Shown: one piece after another, positions 40,301 through 48,500 of the stretch | Layout: each line of letters opens with the position of its first letter | Position numbering within the stretch: the stretch's first letter is position 1 | Origin: an uncultured Rhodospirillaceae bacterium | GTDB taxonomy: Bacteria > Pseudomonadota > Alphaproteobacteria > UBA2966 | Assembly: GCA_964343605.1 (NCBI GenBank) | Contig: CAYFKJ010000006.1 | Coordinates: 153,133-217,132 of the forward strand | Length of the DNA: 64,000 nucleotides | Direction: 5' to 3' | The notes under the pieces: generated by a model | Databases searched by the model: none | Seen by the model: only the letters and a program-made list of their open reading frames with translations | What the model was told of the DNA's origin: nothing | Program-made: the position numbers and the translations under genes

Positions 40301-41125
40301 GGCAACAGCGAATCCGGTGGCGTTTAGAACCACAGCCGGCGGCGCCTGGGTGAACGTTTCTTCCAGTACACCTGCCGCGACGGGATCCTTGAGGCTGGCG
40401 ACGAAGACCGGTAACGGGCGAAGACCTTGTTTCTCCAGCGCAACGGTCATGGCGTCGATGGGCGCAAGGTTGGAGGCCTGGTAGAGGGCGCGGTAGAAAA
40501 CGACCGGCACGACACCGCCTTTGCCCTGCCACCGCTCCTGAATTGTAGCCAGGTCGACCGCGCCCAATCCGGGCCAGTAAAGACCGCCGCGCATCAAGGG
40601 CGCCGGTTCGCGCCATTCCGTCTCGCCACCGATCAGCGCGGCGGCGTTGTTGAGGAATTGCCGGGCGTTGTCGGGCCCGCCCTGAACGCAGTACTGCCAC
40701 AGGCGATGGACGTCTTCCGCCATAAGTGTGCTTAGGCCGCTGAGCTCGGGGTCCGGTTGGTCGTCGCCCGGCAAGATGGCCAGGGCGATGCCCTTGCGCC
40801 GGCAGACCTCGGTGACGCGCTCGACGCCGTAGGGCCAGTAACCGACGCCGCCCAGCAGCCGGACAACGACCAGCTTGGCTTGCGCGACAATGTCGTCGAC
40901 GTAACCGTCCACCGACATGTTGTGGCCGAGGTGGAGGAGACTGGCCAGCCTGAGCCGCGGTGCTGCGTCGCCCATGTCGTCGATGAGGCCGGCCTGTGCC
41001 GCCGCCAGCATGGCGAGCTCGGTATCCGCCGCCGACAGCACGACGACGTCGCCCGGCGTCTGGCCGAGGTCGATCGCTTCGCTGCCGTCGTCGACGGCGC
41101 CGGGCTTGGCGGCAAGGAGGTGCAT
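37346..41125 (-). CDS. cobN: cobaltochelatase CobN subunit (late, ATP-dependent cobalt insertion type)
   Basis: 1259 aa with CobN/Mg-chelatase H-family homology along its full length. Confidence 0.9.
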   Translation of the reverse strand: MHLLAAKPGAVDDGSEAIDLGQTPGDVVVLSAADTELAMLAAAQAGLIDDMGDAAPRLRLASLLHLGHNMSVDGYVDDIVAQAKLVVVRLLGGVGYWPYGVERVTEVCRRKGIALAILPGDDQPDPELSGLSTLMAEDVHRLWQYCVQGGPDNARQFLNNAAALIGGETEWREPAPLMRGGLYWPGLGAVDLATIQERWQGKGGVVPVVFYRALYQASNLAPIDAMTVALEKQGLRPLPVFVASLKDPVAAGVLEETFTQAPPAVVLNATGFAVAKPGAVRAPGPLDKPGAPVLQVVFAGSNEEGWREGTRGLAARDIAMNVALPEVDGRILSRAVSFKAEARFDEQSQTSIVAYRPVPDRIEFVAALAAAWADLSGTPASERRIACVLANYPNRDGRMGNGVGLDSPAAAAGMLTAMADAGYRVEDAPADGNELVERLKRGPTNNPDRQREISETLSLADYSAYFARLPKTVREQVTERWGPPEDDPFYRAGELDCGAFAIPAFRVGNVAVGLQPARGYNIDPVKTYHDPDLVPPHGYLAFYAWLREGFGAQAVVHVGKHGNLEWLPGKALALSEDCFPEAAFGAVPHLYPFIVNDPGEGTQAKRRTSAVIVDHLTPPLARAETYGPLRDLEAKCDEYYEAASVDPRRLRILGEQILETAATLGLDRDVGIADADDEATALAKLDNYLCELKEMQIRDGLHVFGQSPEDDLLNALLVALVRVPRGPEAAEASILRALAADAGLGGFDPLDCELGATWQGPRPEVLAGVSEDPWRTVGDTLERLELLALGLVAGSTDLPGEWPCTLAVLGYIDETLRPMVEDCGQAEMTGLLTGLAGRFLEPGSSGAPTRGRPDVLPTGRNFYSVDTRTVPTPAAWHLGWKSADLLVAHHRQTHGAWPRSMAISAWGTSNMRTGGDDIAQALALMGAKPTWEGASGRVTGFEILPADLLDRPRVDVTLRVSGFFRDAFPSLMDLIDSAARAVADLNEPDDINPLAARVRRDAAALVAEGVAEDDARARAGHRVFGSKPGAYGAGLQALIDEKGWETQADLARAYVAWGGYAYGGGTEGKAEHGLFERRLGAIEAVVQNQDNREHDLLDSDDYYQFEGGLAAAVEVHSGSAPSVYHNDHSRPETPKVRTLQDEIARVVRARVVNPKWIAGVMRHGYKGAFEMAATLDYMFAFAATAHAVEDHHFDAVFDAYLGDEAVRDFIADNNPDALREMAEKFLEAQERGLWRPRLNSTHGILKDLTAADAATKEAS

Positions 41126-41136
41126 TCCGGAGCGCC

Positions 41137-42177
41137 TTAGGTGCCGCCCAGCGCCGCGACGATGCCCGCCCGGTCGAGACCTGTCTCACCGATAACCACG
41201 AGGCGGCTTAGGCGTTCTTCGCCGGCCTGCCAGTCGCGGTCGAAGTAGTGCTGAATGCGCGGCCCGACGCCCTGTACGACCAGGCGCATGTCCTTGCCCT
41301 CGACCACCGCAAATCCCTTGATGCGTAAAATGTTGTGGGCTCTCACGGCGTCCTCGATGCGGGCGCAGAGAACGGCGGGATCGTTGGTCGGCGGCAGGTC
41401 AACGTCGAAGCTCTCGAAATCGTCATGGTCGTGCTCGCCGTCGACGTCGTCGTGATGTGAGGGACGCCCGTCAAGGTCGTCTTCCGCCGCGGCGTCGATG
41501 CCCAGCAGAACCTCGGCGTCGATGCGGCCGTGCGCCGTGTGCACGATCTTCACGGCCTCTCGGGCCTCCGACAGCACGTCGCCTGCGACCTTTTCCGCCG
41601 TTGCGCCGTCCATCAGATCGGTCTTGTTGAGGACGATCATATCGGCACAGGCCAATTGATCTTCAAACAGTTCCTCAAGCGGGCTTTCATGATCGAGGTT
41701 GTCATCCAGCGCCCGTTGGGCGTCCACGGCGTCGACGTCGGTGGCGAAGAGACCATCCGCTACCGCCGGGCCGTCGATCACTGCGACGACGCCGTCGACC
41801 GTGACCCGGGTTCTGACCTCGGGCCAGTTGAAGGCGCGCACCAATGGTTTGGGCAGGGCCAATCCCGACGTCTCGATGACGATGTGATCCGGCGCCTCGG
41901 GCCGGTTCAGCAGGGCCTCGATGGTGGGCAGGAAATCGTCCGCCACGGTGCAGCAGAGGCAGCCGTTGGCGAGCTCGACGATGTCGTCCTCGGCGCAGGT
42001 TTCCTCGCCGCAGGCCTTGAGGATTTCCCCGTCGACGCCGATGTCGCCGAACTCATTGATGATCAGGGCGATGCGCCGGCCATTTGCGGTCTCCAGCAAA
42101 TGGCGCACGAGGCTGGTCTTTCCGGCGCCGAGAAAGCCGGTAATGACGGTAGCGGGAATACGGGTGGTCTGGGTCAT
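41137..42177 (-). CDS. cobW: CobW/COG0523 G3E-family GTPase metallochaperone
   Basis: GFLGAGKTS P-loop, GCLCCT metal motif and a His/Asp-rich stretch (HHDDVDGEHDHDD). Confidence 0.9.
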   Translation of the reverse strand: MTQTTRIPATVITGFLGAGKTSLVRHLLETANGRRIALIINEFGDIGVDGEILKACGEETCAEDDIVELANGCLCCTVADDFLPTIEALLNRPEAPDHIVIETSGLALPKPLVRAFNWPEVRTRVTVDGVVAVIDGPAVADGLFATDVDAVDAQRALDDNLDHESPLEELFEDQLACADMIVLNKTDLMDGATAEKVAGDVLSEAREAVKIVHTAHGRIDAEVLLGIDAAAEDDLDGRPSHHDDVDGEHDHDDFESFDVDLPPTNDPAVLCARIEDAVRAHNILRIKGFAVVEGKDMRLVVQGVGPRIQHYFDRDWQAGEERLSRLVVIGETGLDRAGIVAALGGT

Positions 42178-42752
42178 GGGCCCTGTTCGCTGTTGTGGGA
42201 TGGGGTCTTGAGATAAAGAGGTAGGCCGGCGGCGATGAAAACCACGAAACCGGCGGCTTCGGCTAGGCGCTGGTTGAGGCGTCCGGCATGGTCGCGAAAC
42301 TCACGCGCCAGGGCGTTGTCGGGCACGATGCCGAGGCCGACCTCGTTGCTGACCATGACGACGGGCTGTTCCGCCGCATCGATTGCCCGGATCAGGTCCT
42401 CACCGGCGGCGTCGATGTCGGCGTCGGCGGCCATTTGGTTGGAGAGCCACAGCGTCAGGCAGTCGACCAGAACGGCGCCCGAACCGGCTGGCGCGCGGCC
42501 GAGGGCGGCGCCAATGTCATGGGGGGCTTCGATCGTCGTCCAGTCCGGACCGCGGCGCGTTTGATGCTCACGGATGCGCACCGCCATTTCGTCGTCCCCG
42601 GCCTCGGCCGTGGCGATATAGGTCCAGGGCGCGGGCATGCATTCGACGAGACGTTCGGCGTACCGGCTTTTGCCTGATCGGGCGCCGCCCAGCACCATGG
42701 TGAGGGCGGGCAACAACCCCGGTCCGGCCGTCTGCAAGCTGTTGTCCGACAT
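42174..42752 (-). CDS. cobU: bifunctional adenosylcobinamide kinase / adenosylcobinamide-phosphate guanylyltransferase
   Basis: Start at ATG 42752 (MSDNSLQ), preceded by a GGAGGGAGG Shine-Dalgarno. P-loop LGGARSGKS. The GTG at 42785 is rejected. Confidence 0.85.
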   Translation of the reverse strand: MSDNSLQTAGPGLLPALTMVLGGARSGKSRYAERLVECMPAPWTYIATAEAGDDEMAVRIREHQTRRGPDWTTIEAPHDIGAALGRAPAGSGAVLVDCLTLWLSNQMAADADIDAAGEDLIRAIDAAEQPVVMVSNEVGLGIVPDNALAREFRDHAGRLNQRLAEAAGFVVFIAAGLPLYLKTPSHNSEQGP

Positions 42753-42789
42753 GCCCGTCGCCTCCCTCCGAGGTTGGTGGGTCACAAGA

Positions 42790-42835
42790 AAAATACGCCG
42801 GCTGCCCTTCGGGCAACGCGAACGCGGGGTTGAGG
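42790..42835 (-). terminator. candidate terminator-type expression platform of the B12 riboswitch
   Basis: Minus-strand hairpin GUUGCCC-GAA-GGGCAGC followed by CGGCGUAUUUUUCUU. It lies between the aptamer and the cobU Shine-Dalgarno. Confidence 0.5.
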
Positions 42836-42869
42836 TGCTGAGGAGGTCTCCTGGCTTGGGGTCTTCGAT

Positions 42870-43020
42870 TTGCGGGCGCCTTCCCGACCGAAGGGGCCGT
42901 GCGGCCCGGTCAGTGGCGGTTGCCCGAAATCTCCCCCCTACAGTTGCGGGGGCAGCGCCGGACTGGCAAATCCGCGATTTCGGCTGCGGACCGCTTCACC
43001 GGCTTCCCTGTTCTCAACAC
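42870..43020 (-). ncRNA. cobalamin (AdoCbl) riboswitch aptamer upstream of the cobU-cobW-cobN-cobO-cobQ operon
   Basis: Minus-strand reading gives ...GAACAGGGAAGCCGGTGAAGCGGTCCGCAGCCGAAATCGCGGATTTGCCAGTCCGGCGCTGCCCCCGCAACTGTAGGGG...CAACCGCCACTGACCGGGCCGCACGGCCCCTTCGGTCGGGAAGGCGCCCGC. It contains the GGGAA-CCGGTGAA core, the CCCGCAACTGT element and the GCCACTG B12 box. Confidence 0.8.
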
Positions 43021-43071
43021 TGTGGCGAAGCTATCACGCGGGCGCGGGCCGCGCCAGACTCGAATGAACGG

Positions 43072-43138
43072 CTCAATAAATGGGGACAGGTACGATTTAC
43101 GCAATTCACGTAAATCGTGCCTGTCCCCATTTATTGAG
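43072..43138. repeat. AT-rich near-perfect 30-bp inverted repeat (hairpin with 7-nt loop)
   Basis: ctcaataaatggggacaggtacgatttacg / caattca / cgtaaatcgtgcctgtccccatttattgag. The single mismatch forms a G-U wobble in RNA. Embedded in a locally AT-rich patch of a 65% GC genome. Confidence 0.7.
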
Positions 43139-43403
43139 ACCAAAAAGAAAGTGGCCCGGCCACCGCCCCCCTTCGCGAGTCGAGGGGTCCCGTATATGTC
43201 GGGGGACGGCAACCGGACCGCAGTGGAGGCCCAATGCTGATTAATATGGTTTGGCAATGGGGCGGCGCTGGGGCGAAATTGGGGCAATATTAAGGCGCAT
43301 GGCCGGGGCAATTTTCCGTCCCACAGGCGATTGACCGACCGGCAACGGCACACTACCGTTTTCGCATGACTATCAGCCCGCCCGCCCGCTCCCGACGACC
43401 GGC

Positions 43404-44354
43404 ATGAGCATCTTTCTGGCCAAGCGTTTTGCGACGTTCATCGCCACCCTGCTGGGGGCGTCCATCGTCGTCTTCGTGATCCTGGAAATCCTTCCCGGCG
43501 ACCCCGCCATGACCATCCTGGGGCCCGATGCGGACGAGGAGGCTTATGAAGCCCTGCGCATCCAACTCGGCCTCCACGACCCGGCTTATGAACGTTATTT
43601 CAGATGGATCGGCGGCATCCTGCGCGGCGACCTCGGGATTTCGTACGCCTATTCCGTTCCGGTCGGAGATTTGATCTGGGAGCGTCTCCAGCTTTCCGTC
43701 CCGCTGGCCATGCTGGCCATGGCAATGACGGTGGCGGCGGCCCTGGTGCTCGGCGTCTTCGCCGCGGCGCGCCACAACAAGCCCGGCGATTACGGCGTGA
43801 TGGCGTTCAGTCAGCTCGGCATCGCCGTGCCCAATTTCTGGTTCGGCATCCTGCTGATCCTGCTTTTTTCCGTCTATCTCCGCTGGTTTTCCTCCGGCGG
43901 TTTTCCGGGCTGGGGCGAGGGCTTCTGGCCGGCCTTCAAGGCGATGCTGCTGCCCGCCATTGCGCTGGCCACAGTCCAAGTGGCGATCCTGGCCCGCACG
44001 ACCCGCTCAGCCGTGCTGGAAACCCTGCGCGAGGACTACGTCCGCACCGCCCGCGCCAAGGGCCTGAACGCCAGCGCCACGCTATGGCGTCATGTCCTGC
44101 GCAATGCCCTGATCCCCGTGATAACCATTATGGGGCTGCAGTTCGCCAACCTGCTGGCCGGTACTATCGTGATTGAGAACGTCTTCTATCTGCCGGGACT
44201 GGGGCGGCTGGTCTTTCAGGCCATCGCCAATCGCGACCTCATCGTCGTCAAGGACGTCGTCCTGCTGCTGGCCGGCATGGTCATTCTGGTGAATTTCACC
44301 GTCGATCTGGCCTATGCCGTGATCGATCCGCGCCTGAAGGTCCACGATGTCTAG
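43404..44354 (+). CDS. ABC transporter permease, DppB/OppB-like
   Basis: 316 aa with 6 TM helices and an EAA-like loop (VRTARAKGL). Confidence 0.85.
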   Translation: MSIFLAKRFATFIATLLGASIVVFVILEILPGDPAMTILGPDADEEAYEALRIQLGLHDPAYERYFRWIGGILRGDLGISYAYSVPVGDLIWERLQLSVPLAMLAMAMTVAAALVLGVFAAARHNKPGDYGVMAFSQLGIAVPNFWFGILLILLFSVYLRWFSSGGFPGWGEGFWPAFKAMLLPAIALATVQVAILARTTRSAVLETLREDYVRTARAKGLNASATLWRHVLRNALIPVITIMGLQFANLLAGTIVIENVFYLPGLGRLVFQAIANRDLIVVKDVVLLLAGMVILVNFTVDLAYAVIDPRLKVHDV

Positions 44355-45222
44355 CGCCGAAATCCCGCAGGTTTCGCGCCCAGGGCCGGTGTCGTTCATC
44401 AGACGCGCCCTGCGCTATCGTAATTTCGTCATCGGCGGCATCCTGACGGCGCTGGTCATTATCACGGCGTTCGTCAGTCTCGTCTGGACGCCGCACTCCG
44501 CCACCGTATTGTCGGTTCGGGAAAAACTGCGCACGCCGTCGTGGGAGCACTGGCTCGGCACCGATCACTTTGGGCGCGACGTGCTGTCGATGATCATGGT
44601 AGGCGCGCAGAACTCGCTGGTCGTCGGCATCGTCGCCGTCGGCATCGGCGTCGTGGCCGGCGTGGCGCTGGGTCTCTGGGCCTCCGCCCGGCGCGGCTGG
44701 ACGGAAGAAATCATCATGCGGCTGTCCGATTTCACGTTCGCCTTTCCCGCCATCCTCTCGGCCATCATGATCACGGCCCTTCTGGGTCCGGGAGCGGTCA
44801 ATTCGATCCTCGCCATCGGCATCTTCAACATCCCGGTCTTCGCCCGCATCGCGCGGGGCTCGGGCAACGCCATCTGGTCGCGCGAATTCGTGCTGGCGGC
44901 GCGGGCCGCCGGCAAGGGCAGCTTCCGCATTACGGTCGAGCACATCCTGCCCAACATCACCAGCGTCATCGTGGTTCAGGCCACCATTTCGTTCGCCATC
45001 GCCATCCTGGCGGAGGCCGCCCTTTCCTATCTCGGCCTCGGCACCCAGCCGCCGCATCCGAGTTGGGGGCGCATGCTCAACGACGCCCAGACCTTCATGT
45101 TCAACGCGCCCTACCTCGCCATCTTCCCGGGTGCTGCGATCTTCCTGTCGGTGTTGGGTCTCAACCTGCTGGGCGACGGCTTGCGCGACATCCTCGATCC
45201 GCGGCTGACGAGGGGGCGTTAG
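44347..45222 (+). CDS. ABC transporter permease, DppC/OppC-like
   Basis: 291 aa, overlaps the upstream gene by 8 nt. Carries the BPD_transp_1 motif. Confidence 0.85.
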   Translation: MSSAEIPQVSRPGPVSFIRRALRYRNFVIGGILTALVIITAFVSLVWTPHSATVLSVREKLRTPSWEHWLGTDHFGRDVLSMIMVGAQNSLVVGIVAVGIGVVAGVALGLWASARRGWTEEIIMRLSDFTFAFPAILSAIMITALLGPGAVNSILAIGIFNIPVFARIARGSGNAIWSREFVLAARAAGKGSFRITVEHILPNITSVIVVQATISFAIAILAEAALSYLGLGTQPPHPSWGRMLNDAQTFMFNAPYLAIFPGAAIFLSVLGLNLLGDGLRDILDPRLTRGR

Positions 45223-45225
45223 GCC

Positions 45226-46245
45226 ATGTCATTGCTCAAGGTCGAAAACCTCGACGTTACGCTGAAGACGGCCAGCGGTCCGGCCCGCGCCGTGCGCAAT
45301 CTGGGCTTTTCGCTCGACCGCGGCGAAACGCTCGGCATCGTCGGCGAATCGGGCTGCGGAAAATCGATGACGGCACTGGCGCTGCTGGGTCTTTTGCCGG
45401 AAAACGGCGTTGCCACGGGACGTATCGATCTCGACGGCCGGAACCTGCTGGAACTCGACGATGCGGCCATGTGCACCGTACGCGGCAACCGCATATCGAT
45501 GATCTTCCAGGAACCCATGACGTCGCTCAATCCCCTGCACACCATCGGCCGCCAAGTAACCGAGCCGATGATCCTGCATCAGGGCATGACCCTGAACGAC
45601 GCCCGGGCGGAAGCCGTAAGATTGTTGGAACGCGTCGGCATCGCCGGGGCGGAGCGGCGCCTCGACGCCTATCCTCACCAGATGTCGGGCGGCCAGCGCC
45701 AACGGGTAATGATCGCCATGGCGCTCTCCTGCCGTCCCGACGTCCTGATCGCCGACGAGCCGACGACGGCGCTCGACGTCACCATCCAGGGACAGATTCT
45801 CGACCTGATCGCCGACCTCGTGGAGGAAACGGGTATGGCGTTGATCCTGATCTCCCATGATCTCGGGGTGATCGCTGAAACCGTCGATCGCGTCATGGTG
45901 ATGTATGGCGGCGCCGGCGTCGAATCCGGACCGACCTCGGCGGTGTTCCAGTATCTCGCCCATCCCTATACGCAGGGCCTGTTTGCTGCCGTGCCGCGCC
46001 TCGGCATGGGTCACTCGGCGGGGCGGGAAGCGAGGCTCGCTACCATTCCCGGCATGGTGCCCGACCTCGTGGATCTACCGGCGGGCTGCACCTTCGCTGA
46101 CCGCTGCCCCATCGCGGATCAAGCCTGCGCCGGCTCCATCCCGAGCAATGGCGAGGTTGAAGACGATCCGGGGCACCTGGTCGCCTGCCTCAAGCTGGCG
46201 GAGGCGCTGTCGCGATCCCAAGCCGCCGCCGGAGAGCCCCAGTGA
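45226..46245 (+). CDS. ABC transporter ATP-binding protein, DppD/OppD-like
   Basis: Walker A GESGCGKS, signature LSGGQRQR, Walker [12 protein letters not shown], plus the oligopeptide C-terminal extension. Confidence 0.9.
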   Translation: MSLLKVENLDVTLKTASGPARAVRNLGFSLDRGETLGIVGESGCGKSMTALALLGLLPENGVATGRIDLDGRNLLELDDAAMCTVRGNRISMIFQEPMTSLNPLHTIGRQVTEPMILHQGMTLNDARAEAVRLLERVGIAGAERRLDAYPHQMSGGQRQRVMIAMALSCRPDVLIADEPTTALDVTIQGQILDLIADLVEETGMALILISHDLGVIAETVDRVMVMYGGAGVESGPTSAVFQYLAHPYTQGLFAAVPRLGMGHSAGREARLATIPGMVPDLVDLPAGCTFADRCPIADQACAGSIPSNGEVEDDPGHLVACLKLAEALSRSQAAAGEPQ

Positions 46246-47207
46246 CCGCCCCGGTGCTCAAGGCTTCGGACGTCGTGCGGCACTACGTGCTGCCCCGTGA
46301 AAGCCTGTTCCAGCCGCCGGGCAGGGTCTTCGCCCTCAACGGCGTGAGCATTGAGATCGCCAGGGGCCGCAGCCTCGGCGTGGTCGGCGAAAGCGGTTGC
46401 GGGAAATCGACCCTGGCCCGTTGCGTCATGGCGCTCGAACCGTTGGACGGCGGCCGGGTGGAAATCGACGGAGGTGACCTGTCGGCCCTTTCGCCCGAAG
46501 CCCTACGCGACTTGAGGCGCCACTTCCAGATGGTCTTTCAGGATCCTTTCGGCTCGCTCGATCCCCGTCACACCGTCGGGCGGATCGTGGCCGAACCCCT
46601 GGACGCGCTGGAGCGGCTGGACAAGGCGGAAAGCCGGGAGCGGGTCACGCGCGTGCTGGCCTCGGTCGGCCTCAAGGAGGCCGATGCGCAAAAATACCCC
46701 CACGAATTCTCCGGCGGCCAGCGTCAGCGTATCGCCATCGCCCGTGCCTTGGTGACCAAGCCCGCCCTGATCGTCGCCGACGAACCGGTGTCGGCGCTGG
46801 ATGTGTCGGTCCAGGCCCAGGTGCTGAACCTGTTGCAGGACCTGCAGGATGAGTTCGGCGTCACCTATCTGCTGATCAGCCATGACCTCGCGGTCGTCGA
46901 ATACGTCTGCGACGAGGTTGCGGTAATGTATTTGGGTTCCATCGTTGAGCAGGGACCGACGTCCGACGTGTTTTCCGAACCGGCCCACCCCTATACCCGT
47001 GCGTTGCTGGATGCCGTGCCGCAAATCACGCCGGGACGACGCAAGCGTCAGCGTCTGGCAGGCACCGTTCAGAGCCCCACGCACCTGCCCAAGGGATGCG
47101 CCTTCGTCGAGCGCTGCCCGGTGGCGGAGGCGCGCTGCCGCGAAGCACGGCCGGTATTGAAGGATGTCACGCCGGGCCACGCCGCCGCTTGTTTCCTGAA
47201 CGAGTGA
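46242..47207 (+). CDS. ABC transporter ATP-binding protein, DppF/OppF-like
   Basis: Walker A GESGCGKS, signature FSGGQRQR, Walker B IVADEPVSALD. ATGA-type overlap with the upstream gene. Confidence 0.9.
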   Translation: MTAPVLKASDVVRHYVLPRESLFQPPGRVFALNGVSIEIARGRSLGVVGESGCGKSTLARCVMALEPLDGGRVEIDGGDLSALSPEALRDLRRHFQMVFQDPFGSLDPRHTVGRIVAEPLDALERLDKAESRERVTRVLASVGLKEADAQKYPHEFSGGQRQRIAIARALVTKPALIVADEPVSALDVSVQAQVLNLLQDLQDEFGVTYLLISHDLAVVEYVCDEVAVMYLGSIVEQGPTSDVFSEPAHPYTRALLDAVPQITPGRRKRQRLAGTVQSPTHLPKGCAFVERCPVAEARCREARPVLKDVTPGHAAACFLNE

Positions 47208-47313
47208 GGAACTGCCGAGGCGAGCATCTGGGCCAAGTCCGGCTTTGACGAATTCGTGAATTTCGTGGCATGCTGACGCTCAGCACAAAGGCCGTATTCG
47301 ACATCGGGGGCGC

Positions 47314-47682
47314 ATGAGCGACGTACTCAGTTTCGATGACTTTCGGCCCGCCCGGTCGAGGACGACCAATCGGGCGGGAAAGGAAACCGTCGTCGTCTTT
47401 GGCCGTGTCGAACTCGACCTCATTCTTCAACTTTACAGCCGCATGGTTATGGCGGGCGATTGGCGGGACTACGCCGTCGCCTTTGAACGGCACGAGGCCG
47501 TGTTCTCCATCTTTCGGCGATCCTCGGAAATTCCGATTTACCGCATCGTCAAGAGGCCGAAGCTGGCCCGCAAACAGGGCGCCTACGCGGTAATCACGGC
47601 CGAAGGGCGCATCCTGCGCCGGGGCCGCGAACTCGCCGCCGTTTTAAAGGTGCTGGAGAAAAAGGCGCTAAAGCTCGTCTAG
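47314..47682 (+). CDS. conserved hypothetical protein (DUF2794-like)
   Basis: 122-aa ORF with a protein-like composition, resembling the widespread alphaproteobacterial DUF2794. Confidence 0.55.
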   Translation: MSDVLSFDDFRPARSRTTNRAGKETVVVFGRVELDLILQLYSRMVMAGDWRDYAVAFERHEAVFSIFRRSSEIPIYRIVKRPKLARKQGAYAVITAEGRILRRGRELAAVLKVLEKKALKLV

Positions 47683-47685
47683 CGG

Positions 47686-48429
47686 TTAGAGCGCCGCGCG
47701 ACCGGCGATGTAGAGCCCCATGGCCAGTAAAGCCAGGAAGAAAGTCCGGCGAAACTGGCGCTCCGAGAAGCGCCGGCGCAACCGGGTGCCGAGCGCCATG
47801 CCCGCAAAGGCCGGGACGACCGCCAGCGCGGACAGGGCGGCAATTTCCGACGACATCAGCCCCCGCCCGCCAAGAGCAACGAGCAGCGCTGCCGAGACCG
47901 TCGTGAACGACACACCGAGCGTTTGGATCAGCATCTCGCGGGGGAGGTTCAGCGCCTGCACGTACAGCGATCCCGGCACCACGAACGACCCGGTCATACC
48001 CGTCATCACGCCCGAAATAGCGCCCATCAGGGGATTGAGCAGCCGTTCAAACCGCCCCGGCGCCGGGACTTGAAACATCGTCAGACTGCTGGCGGCGTAG
48101 ACGATCAGGATACCGCCCAGCAGGGCCATGAGAAGGTTCGCATCCGCCGTCGCCAGAACGCCCGCGCCCACCCAGGTGCCCAAGCACAGGCACAGAAAGA
48201 AGAGCCAGAGCCGGCGCAGGATGTTCAGAAGGTGCGGGCCGGCGAGCCCCTGCCAGATGTTCGTAGCGATGGCGGGGATCAGCATGAGGGCGATGGCGTC
48301 CTTGAGTCCGAGAAGGGCGGCCATCAACGCCAGTGAAATGGTCGGCAGTCCGAGACCCACCACACCCTTGACGAAACCGGCAAGCACGAACACGGCGGTG
48401 ACGATCAGTAGGTGTTCGGGCGACCACAT
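47686..48429 (-). CDS. TSUP-family (TauE/SafE) sulfite/anion exporter
   Basis: Start MWSPEHLLIVTAVFVLAGFVKGVVGLG. Two-repeat 4-TM architecture with Gly-rich motifs. The longer listed ORF N-terminus would run through a terminator hairpin and is rejected. Confidence 0.8.
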   Translation of the reverse strand: MWSPEHLLIVTAVFVLAGFVKGVVGLGLPTISLALMAALLGLKDAIALMLIPAIATNIWQGLAGPHLLNILRRLWLFFLCLCLGTWVGAGVLATADANLLMALLGGILIVYAASSLTMFQVPAPGRFERLLNPLMGAISGVMTGMTGSFVVPGSLYVQALNLPREMLIQTLGVSFTTVSAALLVALGGRGLMSSEIAALSALAVVPAFAGMALGTRLRRRFSERQFRRTFFLALLAMGLYIAGRAAL

Positions 48430-48457
48430 GGTCCCGCAACTTAATCTGACAAGCCAA

Positions 48458-48500
48458 GACGGCAAGGAAAAAGGGCCGTCCTGAGGGGAGGACGGCCCTT
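48458..48500 (-). terminator. rho-independent terminator-like hairpin (GGGCCGTCC-loop-GGACGGCCC) flanked by A-run and T-run
   Basis: aaaaagggccgtcctgaggggaggacggcccttt. On the minus strand it is followed by UUUUUCC. It lies 270 nt downstream of the folD stop and 28 nt upstream of the tauE start. Confidence 0.6.

Noticed and set aside
42753-42785. GTG start at 42785 for cobU giving an extra 11 residues
   Set aside because: The ATG at 42752 has a strong GGAGGGAGG SD, and the extension would overlap the riboswitch expression platform.
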